Shown here: positions 9,253 through 18,015 of the stretch, in pieces
Layout: each line of letters opens with the position of its first letter
Numbering within the stretch: position 1 is the stretch's first letter
IMG/VR virus record: IMGVR_UViG_3300020043_002456
Span: 1 to 35,486 of that record
Origin: a virus
Lineage: Duplodnaviria; Caudoviricetes
DNA length: 35,486 nt
Reading direction: 5' to 3' (one strand)
Translations under genes and position numbers: made by a program
The notes under the pieces: model-generated
Database searches by the model: none
What the model was told of the DNA's origin: nothing
The model's input: the letters and a program-made list of their open reading frames with translations, nothing else

Positions 9253-9954
9253 TTAGTATGTGATAACTTGATAATTAATTCCTGCGTATGTGTACAAATC
9301 GGCTATCTGCCTAATGATGTTTTCTCTGTTTTGGCTTATGCTTGGTGCTGTATCTGGTGGCTCATTTGTTAATGCGTTGGCTGTTGCAATTGGAACGTAA
9401 ATATCAAACTCGCTTCCTGTGTTGGTTATGTTTAATGCTTGCACAAATCTAAATGCTTCACCGTTGGCATATACTGCTTCGCTACTATCAACAGAAGCTA
9501 AACCAACATAAAACACATTGCTTCCCGAAGCGAAATTGTCAATATAAATATCACTCGCTCCCGGCACATTTACAAACGTAGTACCAAACCATTCGTTTAA
9601 CGCCCATTCAAACAACAAGTGCTGTGCGTTGTACTTGCATCGTGGTTCAATGCCTACGAATTTATCTTGTATCTTAAACCAATAATCTGTGTTGGTCGGC
9701 AACTCGCCTGTGTTCGCTACCCAACATTCATACACCGATTTGTCCTCATATTGCACTTGGTCACCAACTCCATACGCTGTGGCTGTTACCCATAACGGTG
9801 CTGTGTTGCCATCTTTGAACGTTCCAAACATGGTATTGTATAGCACTTGCAACGGTTTCACAAGTGTTTTAACCCATGCCTTGTATATCGGCAACCGCTT
9901 CTTTGGTGGCAGGAAGTTGACCGCAAACGAGTCTGTATTTATTATGCTACTCAT
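9253..9954 (-). CDS. Baseplate wedge (gpI-like) with carbohydrate-binding-module-like insert
   Basis: FLPPKKRLP...YNAQHLLFEWALNEWF, terminal YAGINYQVITY; internal WVTATAYGVGDQVQYEDKSVYEC...YW. Confidence 0.6.
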   Translation of the reverse strand: MSSIINTDSFAVNFLPPKKRLPIYKAWVKTLVKPLQVLYNTMFGTFKDGNTAPLWVTATAYGVGDQVQYEDKSVYECWVANTGELPTNTDYWFKIQDKFVGIEPRCKYNAQHLLFEWALNEWFGTTFVNVPGASDIYIDNFASGSNVFYVGLASVDSSEAVYANGEAFRFVQALNITNTGSEFDIYVPIATANALTNEPPDTAPSISQNRENIIRQIADLYTYAGINYQVITY

Positions 9955-10790
9955 TGCACAATGTAAGTTAATGTATCATCAAAGGTGTGGTTGGTAGTGG
10001 TTTCCTCAACAACGTAACCTGAATAGGTATCATAAGTAACACTATCCACACCTGTTGATAGGTTAAACAATGTTACACCTGCACCATAAGCAACGGTATC
10101 ACGCCTTACTAATATACGTGTCAATGATGCTGTGATAACGCCCTCTGCGCCTTGTATTGCATCGACAACGGCCTGCGTAGTTATACGGCCATTGAAAGGC
10201 AAGTTAGCCATGTATGCGTTCAATGCTGCTTTAACGTTGGCATCTATCACTGATGAGTATTGACCGTTAAAGTATATCGTTGCTGCCACTTCCATTTTAT
10301 CGCTATCCTCATTGATTAACGTAAACGCTATGCCTGCGGGGTTGAAAGTTTCAACATACGTTTGCAATTCGGCTAATTCACCAACTGATACAGGTTCGGG
10401 TGGATCATTCTTTGCAACCTTAATCAATACCGTTCTGTTTGGTGCTGTTACCACTGCGCATCGTGTTAAGATTTGATTGGCCACGTTCACCGTTGGATAT
10501 TCAATAACGAATGTAGTTGTGTTTAACTCGGCCACATCGCCTGTTTGGAATTTCAATACCTTGTTACGTGTCCATTGTGGTGTGCTTGGTGCTGCGGTGC
10601 TTGCTATGGCTTCTAAATCAACCTTGAACAAGTCCTGCAACTGCTCAAACACTGCAATACATGATGCCACAATGAAGTAGTATAAGTTCCACTTTGCGGT
10701 TTGACTTGTTGAGGTCAAAGTTGATAATGTCGGGTCTGCGTTTTTTGCATCCAACATTTGTTGTTTGATTTGTTGTACTGTTCTGGCCAT
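9951..10790 (-). CDS. Baseplate wedge protein (gpJ-like)
   Basis: MARTVQQIKQQM, YMANLPFNGRITTQAVVDAIQGAEGV gpJ-like C-terminus. Confidence 0.75.
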   Translation of the reverse strand: MARTVQQIKQQMLDAKNADPTLSTLTSTSQTAKWNLYYFIVASCIAVFEQLQDLFKVDLEAIASTAAPSTPQWTRNKVLKFQTGDVAELNTTTFVIEYPTVNVANQILTRCAVVTAPNRTVLIKVAKNDPPEPVSVGELAELQTYVETFNPAGIAFTLINEDSDKMEVAATIYFNGQYSSVIDANVKAALNAYMANLPFNGRITTQAVVDAIQGAEGVITASLTRILVRRDTVAYGAGVTLFNLSTGVDSVTYDTYSGYVVEETTTNHTFDDTLTYIVQ

Positions 10791-10999
10791 TATACTATTG
10801 CTGTTATTAAGCCATTGGTAACTGTTACTGTCTTGTTATCAACGGTGGTAAAGGTGCCACTAACACCTTTTGCCAATGTATAGGTAACAATTGCATCTAC
10901 ATCGGTTAACGATGTAACACCGTTTTGGTTTAACGGTAACTGCTCTGTTCCATCAAGCGGTGTTGCGTTTGGTAACTCTGATATTTTTTGCTCTGCCAT
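10790..10999 (-). CDS. Small fibre-like structural protein
   Basis: MAEQKISELP...GTEQLPLNQNGVT N-terminus shared with 31800-33392; C-terminal TVTVTNGLITAI. Confidence 0.55.
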   Translation of the reverse strand: MAEQKISELPNATPLDGTEQLPLNQNGVTSLTDVDAIVTYTLAKGVSGTFTTVDNKTVTVTNGLITAIV

Positions 11000-11000
11000 T

Positions 11001-11576
11001 TTATTGTTGTATTATAAGATTATAACCTATTTCTGTTGTTAATGTATATCCCAATTCACTTGCCAATGCCACCGCTTCGGGTATCGCTCCGCTTCGGATA
11101 GTATCATCCTCTAATTGCGGTGCGTTGTTGGTGATTAATGTTGAAACCAATGCTTCGGTTGTCGGTAAACTTGATGCCGAATAATCAAAGCCCTGCAATG
11201 TGTACGTAATGATAAATTCTTGTATGTTGGTATGGTCAAATGATTGAATTTCACTGCGCCTTAAGAACCTGCTATTATACGGAGTTGACCAATTATGTAC
11301 AAGTGCGTTAAGGTCTTGTTTTAGTTGCAATACTGCCGTGTCCTCGGTCTTATAGCTCTCAAAACCTAAATGCAATGCAATACTTAACGTGCCTTGTTGC
11401 TGACCTTGTAAGTTTTCGATATAGTCGGCATTGGCAAACTCAATGAAGCAACAAGGATAATTAAACGGTACGTTTACATCCTCACGCTCAAATTGATTAT
11501 TCCACAAGGCAACATACTTCAATGCTGCAAGTGTTTCAATTCGTGCCTTTAATTGATTATAAATTGCTAATTGCAT
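11001..11576 (-). CDS. Tail terminator (Mu gp37-like)
   Basis: LKYVALWNNQF...YPCCFIEF motif; neck gene position. Confidence 0.65.
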   Translation of the reverse strand: MQLAIYNQLKARIETLAALKYVALWNNQFEREDVNVPFNYPCCFIEFANADYIENLQGQQQGTLSIALHLGFESYKTEDTAVLQLKQDLNALVHNWSTPYNSRFLRRSEIQSFDHTNIQEFIITYTLQGFDYSASSLPTTEALVSTLITNNAPQLEDDTIRSGAIPEAVALASELGYTLTTEIGYNLIIQQ

Positions 11577-11751
11577 GTTTGCTTTCTAACCAAGTTTGTT
11601 GACTAATGTACTTTAATTCATCTATTATTTCGGCACTTAATAATGAACCATTGCCACCTTTAATGCCAATAAATATGCCAAATGTATCATAAACTAATTC
11701 ATAATCGTTTACAATTAAATATTCTATTATTTCGGCTTCAATTATGTTCAT
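11557..11751 (-). CDS. Hypothetical protein (AT-rich insert)
   Basis: 64 aa ORF overlapping both neighbours. Confidence 0.5.
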   Translation of the reverse strand: MNIIEAEIIEYLIVNDYELVYDTFGIFIGIKGGNGSLLSAEIIDELKYISQQTWLESKHAISNL

Positions 11752-12215
11752 TTAAAAATCTTATCTAATCGTTTAACAATCACTTTCTTTACTTGCTCAT
11801 TAAGGTTGTAACTATCCCCCATGAATTGGCGTTTGGGCATTTTAAACGTATGCCTGCCCCATGCCCTGCCCATCAAGCCATCATTATGTATTTTCGCATA
11901 GTCTAAATCTGTATGTATCTTAATACTCAACGCTGCTCTGTTTGCGGGGTCACGTATGATTGAACGCTTTAAATCACCCTCTTTAACTAATATTGCCCTT
12001 GTTGTATCATCAACCGTTTTACCGCTTTTCGTTTTATACGTTTTTTTCTTTCTCGGCTTCCACTTCTCAACACTCTTATCATCCCATCCCTGCTTGCGAA
12101 ATGATGACACAAAGAACACCTTGGCCGTGTTACCAACATCAACAATAGCCGCTTCCATTGCCTTGCGGGCTTTCTGCTCCGCTTGTTTTAGGTTGAATTT
12201 ATTGCTCTTTGCCAT
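11748..12215 (-). CDS. Virion morphogenesis / tail completion protein (Mu gpG-like)
   Basis: FRKQGW...KWKPRK, ILVKEGDLKRSI, YAKIHNDG, MPKRQFMGDS motifs; likely start MAKSNKF. Confidence 0.85.
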   Translation of the reverse strand: MAKSNKFNLKQAEQKARKAMEAAIVDVGNTAKVFFVSSFRKQGWDDKSVEKWKPRKKKTYKTKSGKTVDDTTRAILVKEGDLKRSIIRDPANRAALSIKIHTDLDYAKIHNDGLMGRAWGRHTFKMPKRQFMGDSYNLNEQVKKVIVKRLDKIFK

Positions 12216-14038
12216 TATGTCGGTATCGGTAAATTCCAATTCTTTTTAGCCGCTTCTTTGTCACCCTTTGCAATGTCAAAGTAGGGGTGTTTTCCCTTGC
12301 CCCTTTCTTTAAAAACATAGCCATCAATGCCCGCATTCATACGAAACAAGGGCGGTACATCATCGGGCGGTGTAAAGTTGCTCATATCGCTTAATTCCCC
12401 CTCGGATAGTTGTATTACGGTACAACGGCAGTTGCCACACCAATAAATCTTACCATCTCTCATTACAAGCAATGTATTGTGCTTTAAAACCTCAACACAA
12501 TATACCATGCCATAATAATCAATTTCATTTACATGATTTGATTGTATATTGTAATAATTTGAGTGTAAAATATTAATTCTATACATATCGTGATTTGCAG
12601 CGTAACTTCCGTTACGATGCTTAGTTACTTTCCCTTTTGTTGGCACTTTTCTTATTGTGCATGATTTATGTGATTTAATTATTACTTCAGTTAAATCATC
12701 ACACATTTTTTTGGAGCTTGTGTGAATGCAAATATTTTCTTTTCTCATGTAGCCGCTTTCCATAATCTTAGATGCAGTAATATTTCCATCTCCTTTTACA
12801 TACCTGTCCAAAAATAAATCTAAATAACATTTATCGAGTGCCTTTATTTCATTAGGTATAAATTTTTCATAAGATTTACCAAATTGGCTCAAATATAACC
12901 CCAATTCTTTTGAACTTATACCAATATAATCTTTTGCTAAATATGGCGTAAATGGAAAATCTTTTAAGTCATCCCATATTAATACTAAGTGTTTTTTTTC
13001 TGATTGTGATATTTTTATAGCATAAGCATTTTCACTTCTTTTGGTGGTACTTCCCTCTGATAAATACCACCCCATAAACTTTGCAAATTGTTCAGTTCTT
13101 ATGTTTTTGCCCGCTATTTTTATAAAGGCTTTACCGTTGCCCTTCCACTCAGTTGATTTATATACTTGGTCTGATATGGCAACACTTTCAGCATCAATCA
13201 ATTTTAATGTTTTTCTTTTTTTGTGCCTATCCCAACTTTTTCTTACCAACATCTTATGCCCTTCGGTAACAACACAACTAAAATTATTTGCTTTAAATTC
13301 TATCATTTTTCCATCATGAGGGTAAGCAATATAATTTATGGGCTGCTGCCATTCGGGTTGCAATGTTTCTGTATTCAAAGTATAAACTAAATCAGTTTGC
13401 TCCAATTCGTTAAATAACTTCCACCCGTTATTAGTGTAGATACTTGTTTTTTCATCGTAGCAACGCCAACCGTTAGGTGGATAGTATTGCTTCCAAAAGG
13501 GGTCATTGATAGGTCTTATAATGTTGTCAAGTGCTTGATGCGTTGGCCTTACTCTGCCATCACCAACGGTTTGATACTGCAACAACGGCAACACATCGGC
13601 ATCGGCTTCTATACGCTTCCAATCGGATGCCATACGTGCTGATGCTTTCGCAGTTTGGTATTCGGCTTGCAAGTAATCTTCATTGTATAGCTTAAACATC
13701 GGCTTAACTGCTTCTTTAAACTTATAAAAGTTCGATTTCAATTCGGGATCTGCTAACATCGCAGTCATTGTCCGTGTCTGTTGGTACGTTTTCGCTCCGC
13801 TGAATATGTAAATGTTATTGGTTAAGTCCGCAGTTAATACCTCATCAACAACAGGTGCTAAATCAATGCCATCACGTAAGTATTTCGCTGTTTTTAGATA
13901 AATCCCCTCTGGCAACACTTGATTATTAATCGCACCAATCCAAACATCATTCGCAAAACGATTAAAATCATTTTCATCAAACGGTGTTGGTGGGTCAACT
14001 TCCTTATCTATATTCAATATGTCGCAGTAACCGCACAT
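12215..14038 (-). CDS. Head morphogenesis protein (MuF / SPP1 gp7 family) containing an intein
   Basis: YQTVGDGRVRPTH...DPFWKQYYPPNGWR | CRCTV motif split by a 344 aa insert; spliced product 263 aa. Confidence 0.92.
   Translation of the reverse strand: MCGYCDILNIDKEVDPPTPFDENDFNRFANDVWIGAINNQVLPEGIYLKTAKYLRDGIDLAPVVDEVLTADLTNNIYIFSGAKTYQQTRTMTAMLADPELKSNFYKFKEAVKPMFKLYNEDYLQAEYQTAKASARMASDWKRIEADADVLPLLQYQTVGDGRVRPTHQALDNIIRPINDPFWKQYYPPNGWRCYDEKTSIYTNNGWKLFNELEQTDLVYTLNTETLQPEWQQPINYIAYPHDGKMIEFKANNFSCVVTEGHKMLVRKSWDRHKKRKTLKLIDAESVAISDQVYKSTEWKGNGKAFIKIAGKNIRTEQFAKFMGWYLSEGSTTKRSENAYAIKISQSEKKHLVLIWDDLKDFPFTPYLAKDYIGISSKELGLYLSQFGKSYEKFIPNEIKALDKCYLDLFLDRYVKGDGNITASKIMESGYMRKENICIHTSSKKMCDDLTEVIIKSHKSCTIRKVPTKGKVTKHRNGSYAANHDMYRINILHSNYYNIQSNHVNEIDYYGMVYCVEVLKHNTLLVMRDGKIYWCGNCRCTVIQLSEGELSDMSNFTPPDDVPPLFRMNAGIDGYVFKERGKGKHPYFDIAKGDKEAAKKNWNLPIPT
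12431..13462 (-). mobile_element. Intein with LAGLIDADG homing endonuclease
   Basis: C1 (CYDEKTSIYTNNGWK), block B VTEGH, endonuclease blocks FMGWYLSEGS and FLDRYVKGDG, block F VYCVEV, C-terminal WCGN followed by Cys+1; visibly more AT-rich than flanks. Confidence 0.92.
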
Positions 14039-15270
14039 TAGCTGTATATGGCTCTTAATCGTTTGGCAATGTTTTCAAGTTGGCTGTCGGTGTCCGTTTT
14101 GATGTCCGTTTCGGTGCCCATTTCATCCTGCAACTCAATGCCATATTTATGCTCCAGGTACTCATGGTCAAACTTAACGTACGGCATGAATGAAGCATCA
14201 ATCTTGGCCTGCTCTGCTAATGGTAAACTTTCACTATCATCGTACTTGAATGTGCATCCTGCAAGGTCAAAACCATTTCTAATCATCATCGGCACAAGTT
14301 GATTTTCAATCACAAACTGCATCTTTAACGTGTCCTGTTTGGCTATCATATCGGCCACGTTCTCGTGTACGTTTGCACTGCCCGAATACGCCTTTTCATC
14401 GGTTGTTCCTGTTTGCCCTAAAATTATCTTGCTAATCTCACTATTACACCTTTCAACCATGTTATCAAACACTTGATACGCATCTGTCCTGCTTGCTTGC
14501 ATCAACTCAATGTTATCGTTAAGGTCCAACACTGCCCATGAAGCTACACCCATGTTTTTAAGCATGTTTTCCATGTTCTTGCGGGTCATTTCATCCCTTA
14601 CATCGGTTTTGCCTATTCTAATAGGTGAGCCAAATACCTCTGCAAACTCTGCCCATGCTGCCATTGCGTTTTTCTTCCAAATAACGTATGGTGCAAGGTA
14701 CATCATTAAACCAAGGTCTCTTTTCTCGCCAACTCCAATACACCAATTGTTATACGGTGCTTCATCAAAGTGCTTGCCCTCGGTAACGGTTGCTGTGTTG
14801 GTGCGTACCAAGCTAAATTCGGGTACTACGTATATTCTCGGTATCAATTCAACACTTGAATACTTATCGTTAACGATCGCGCCAAATTGTACGCAGGAAA
14901 ATCCCCAAAAGATACTATCAAGTGCTAAGTTTTGAAAGTCATAAAACCACTTTTGATTGAACAACGCTGTTTTCGCTTCATCACATTCACCATCTGGGCC
15001 ATAAACCATAAACTTCTTGCACAATATCTTTGACTTACGTTGCAACATTGCACTTTGAACCTGCCCATCTAACACGATTTGTTGATACGTTTGCATCAAC
15101 AGAAATCTGTTAGGGTACATCGGTGACTCTGCTGATTGCAATGCAATGTTAAAGCGTGTTGCATCTTGCCTAACACGTTGCAACTGCTGCTCAAAGTCAA
15201 TCGTTTTACGGATGTTGGCCTTTTGAGGTTGAGGTTTATTAAAGTTGAATATATCGTTATACCAAGCCAT
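14038..15270 (-). CDS. Portal protein (DUF935 / Mu gp29-like)
   Basis: WAEFAEVFGSPIRIGK, CNSEISKIILGQTGTTD, GSANVH motifs. Confidence 0.9.
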   Translation of the reverse strand: MAWYNDIFNFNKPQPQKANIRKTIDFEQQLQRVRQDATRFNIALQSAESPMYPNRFLLMQTYQQIVLDGQVQSAMLQRKSKILCKKFMVYGPDGECDEAKTALFNQKWFYDFQNLALDSIFWGFSCVQFGAIVNDKYSSVELIPRIYVVPEFSLVRTNTATVTEGKHFDEAPYNNWCIGVGEKRDLGLMMYLAPYVIWKKNAMAAWAEFAEVFGSPIRIGKTDVRDEMTRKNMENMLKNMGVASWAVLDLNDNIELMQASRTDAYQVFDNMVERCNSEISKIILGQTGTTDEKAYSGSANVHENVADMIAKQDTLKMQFVIENQLVPMMIRNGFDLAGCTFKYDDSESLPLAEQAKIDASFMPYVKFDHEYLEHKYGIELQDEMGTETDIKTDTDSQLENIAKRLRAIYS

Positions 15271-15944
15271 TACTTAAAGAAATTATCTTGTTTATCTAAA
15301 CTGTTACCGTAACGGATGCTAAAGCCCTCACTATCTGCTGTGTTAATGTTCAACACCTCGGCAGTATCTGTACCGCTTGCCCATCTATCAAGTTGGTCCA
15401 ATGCTTCACGGTTGCGCTCAATTCTTAAATCGGGAATGTTACGCGGGTTAATACGTGCGTGCAAGTTATACAAGGTCATGTCCATTGCCAACTCAACAAA
15501 CATTGGGTATCTGTTATCACCAACTGTCCAATAGGTTGCGTTAGTTGTGGCATATCCTATCATCGGTGTCCAGAATGCTGTTAAGGTCAATGCCTTGTTT
15601 GTGTTGGCTACTAATGCTGTGTAAACAAAGCCGTTGTTATCGGTAACAATATCATCCTTTGCGTATTCGGTTGTCTTATCCCATCTGTTGAAGTCCTTAA
15701 CGTGTGTAATCACTTCGCCTGCTATCACTCGGTCACGTGTACGGTAATGGCGGCTGTTTGAATAGGCATCCATCGTGCCAAGTTCAATGTCAACCATGTA
15801 CCTTTGGACTAATTTTGTCCTCATTCTACTTATGGCCTTAACCTCGCTATCGTACAAGTTCTGCGGGTTATTCTCGGTAATTTGATTGAGGTCAACCGTT
15901 TGAATTATTGAAAGATAGTCGGAGGTTTTAAGAAATCGTGCCAT
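15270..15944 (-). CDS. Head-tail adaptor (Mu gp36/DUF1320-like) with CBM-like insert
   Basis: MARFLKTSDY start; DMTLYNLHARINPRNIPDLRIERNREALDQL C-terminus; internal WDKTTEYAKDDIVTDNNGFVY...FW. Confidence 0.75.
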   Translation of the reverse strand: MARFLKTSDYLSIIQTVDLNQITENNPQNLYDSEVKAISRMRTKLVQRYMVDIELGTMDAYSNSRHYRTRDRVIAGEVITHVKDFNRWDKTTEYAKDDIVTDNNGFVYTALVANTNKALTLTAFWTPMIGYATTNATYWTVGDNRYPMFVELAMDMTLYNLHARINPRNIPDLRIERNREALDQLDRWASGTDTAEVLNINTADSEGFSIRYGNSLDKQDNFFK

Positions 15945-15989
15945 GATGCGAAATAATAAATAAAAATTCGATATTGGGCAAATATGTAA

Positions 15990-17359
15990 CTAAAATCTTG
16001 ATGCTGATTTGTATTCTGCATCTCTACCAACAACAACAAGCGGTTTGATGATGCCTGTTTGGAAGCGTGTGTATTGCGATGGGAATACGGATGTGATTAA
16101 GTAGCGTGTTAAGTCAACAATGTGGCCAAATGGCTGGTAACTTACTTTTGTAACAGGGTCAGTAACGGTTTTCTTATCAACCTTACCATTCTTATCTTCT
16201 TTGGTATTCTCAAAGTCAAGTATTGCCACTCTGCAAGTTTCATCAACGGTAAACGATATGCCCTGCTCATTGTAGGCAAGTATCGCATTGAAGAAATCTG
16301 CACTTGGGCGCACATTCGGGTTTGACTTGGCCACGCGCCTTATAGGTTTCACTTCATCAAGTTCGTTAATCAGCAATCGGAATAAGTCGAATCCCTTTTC
16401 TTGCTTAACGTCATCCTTTTGTGATGTGCTATCTCCACACACATAAACATGCCCTGTATGCTTCCAATGTCTTAACCGTTGCATTATAGCCCTGCCCATT
16501 GCTTTGACCGTATTGTCTGGGTTCTTTAACGCAATGCAATCAATCATTCGTATTTCGTTTTCATCACTCACTTGGAATACACCACAAGGGAAGTATGGGT
16601 TAACGTTTTCATCAAAGGAAAGCCAAACGGCAAGTGAGGGGTCGTAGGTTACAATCCCGGTATGCTTAACAGTTGACCAACTTTTTAAAAACTCGCCACC
16701 GAAATCCACCTTGCCCCATTCGCCAAGGACATAAACTTTGTGCAAGTTCGGGTTGGCTTTTACGCGCTCGGTTAAGTGCTTAATATAATCAGCATCTAAG
16801 AAAGCATTATCCTTGTACGTGGTATGCAACACATAAGTATCATCATCGGGCGCATCAAAGAACCTGCGCTTTAACCAATGCTGTTCACTTATTGGGTTGA
16901 ATGTAATTATGAATTGTTTGTAGTTACTTGTTTCGCCTCGCACCCTTAACTCTAATTGATTAAAGTCCAATTCATCTAACTCGGTTGCTTCCTCACACCA
17001 AACCGAAGTAATACCTGCAATAGATTTGATTTTTTCGGCATCATCCATACCTGCACAAAGTATCTCGTTACCTGTTGGTGTATGAGTAAAGCGCATTTCG
17101 GACTTGTTGATAGTAAACTCTGAATAAATATCGTATTCAAGTAGCTTATCAATCAACAACTGATATATTGAATTACGTATCGTAGTGGCTACTTTACGGA
17201 TGCACAATATACGATGATTGCGCTCTGTTGTGGTTCGCAGTATTATCTTTTGAATAGCTGCGATTGATTTGCCAGAGCCAATCAGCCCGCCCCGCCTTTC
17301 AATACCAAGTATCTATGTTGGCTTAAAAGTGCGGGGCGATAGCAGTTATTTATTTTCAT
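15990..17359 (-). CDS. terL: Terminase large subunit, discontinuous (17359-17285 joined to 17276-15990; about 453 aa)
   Basis: MKINNCYRPALLSQHRYLVLKGGAG* in one frame, SGKSIAAIQKII... in the other; Walker B VWCEEATE, FNP coupling motif, C-terminal nuclease. Confidence 0.88.
17288..17338 (-). promoter_or_regulatory. mRNA hairpin ending at the putative take-off codon of terL
   Basis: CGCCCCGC/GCGGGGCG (8 bp), CUUUUAA/UUGAAAG (7 bp), GCCAA/UUGGU (5 bp), 9-nt loop. Confidence 0.7.
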
Positions 17360-17612
17360 TGTCTATAAATTCAACTTTCCAAAGGCGTAACTTCTCGCCT
17401 TGTGTTGTTAAATCAGCGTTAACCGATGTCGGTATTAACTTTGCAGCTAACTTGTAAAACTCGGTTGTGTTTTCCTTTGCCCATGTTGCAAGGTTCGCAT
17501 TCTTATCACCTTGCAATTCATTAAACGCAATCTCAAATGCTTCCTTTACTGATTTGGTCAGTTTGTTTTGCGCTCCTTTCGGTTTGCCGCTATTTCCTTT
17601 AGTAAAACCCAT
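17346..17612 (-). CDS. terS: Terminase small subunit
   Basis: MGFTKGNSGKPKGAQNKLT GxPKG-type motif; directly upstream of and overlapping terL start. Confidence 0.75.
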   Translation of the reverse strand: MGFTKGNSGKPKGAQNKLTKSVKEAFEIAFNELQGDKNANLATWAKENTTEFYKLAAKLIPTSVNADLTTQGEKLRLWKVEFIDNENK

Positions 17613-17655
17613 TTTTAAGTGTATTTTCGTGTATTTTTCACGTTTTTCACGTTCA

Positions 17656-17663
17656 CAAAGATA
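17656..17663 (-). promoter_or_regulatory. -7 promoter box TATCTTTG upstream of terS
   Basis: TAnnTTTG match at head of packaging operon. Confidence 0.55.
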
Positions 17664-17667
17664 CAAA

Positions 17668-18015
17668 TTATTTTAGAATTGCAAATATCAGTGTTTGAAA
17701 CTCGGTAATCGAACGGATAATGTGATATTCAAACCCTTGATTGCAAATTAGCAACTCCCATTCACGTTGCCCTGCTGATTGCACACCATCTTCAGTTTTA
17801 AACTCAATCATGTACGCTTTTGATTGATAGTAAAGCACCATATCACTTCTACCTGCCACCAATCCCTTTGCTTTGTTTCTTGCGCCATCAATTCGGTTTT
17901 TGCTATTGTTGAGGTTATAGCACAGTAACCCACGTAAATTTGGGTAGGTGTTATGAAACCAAACGTAACAATCACTTTGTATTTTATCCTCCGATAACTT
18001 TTTTTCGTTTTTCAT
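17668..18015 (-). CDS. VRR-NUC family nuclease
   Basis: SEDKIQ, GLVAGRSDM, IEFKTEDGVQSAGQ PD-(D/E)xK motifs. Confidence 0.88.
   Translation of the reverse strand: MKNEKKLSEDKIQSDCYVWFHNTYPNLRGLLCYNLNNSKNRIDGARNKAKGLVAGRSDMVLYYQSKAYMIEFKTEDGVQSAGQREWELLICNQGFEYHIIRSITEFQTLIFAILK

Noticed and set aside
12431-13462. Class 3 intein
   Set aside because: Block F Cys is present, but Cys1 is intact and the Trp/Thr of the WCT triad are absent
12215-14038. MuF polymorphic toxin
   Set aside because: Extra length is an internal intein; the C-terminal extein is short with no toxin motif or evident immunity gene
17282-17284. Stop-codon reassignment or simple read-through in terL
   Set aside because: Downstream coding is in another frame; TGA and TAG end many other genes normally
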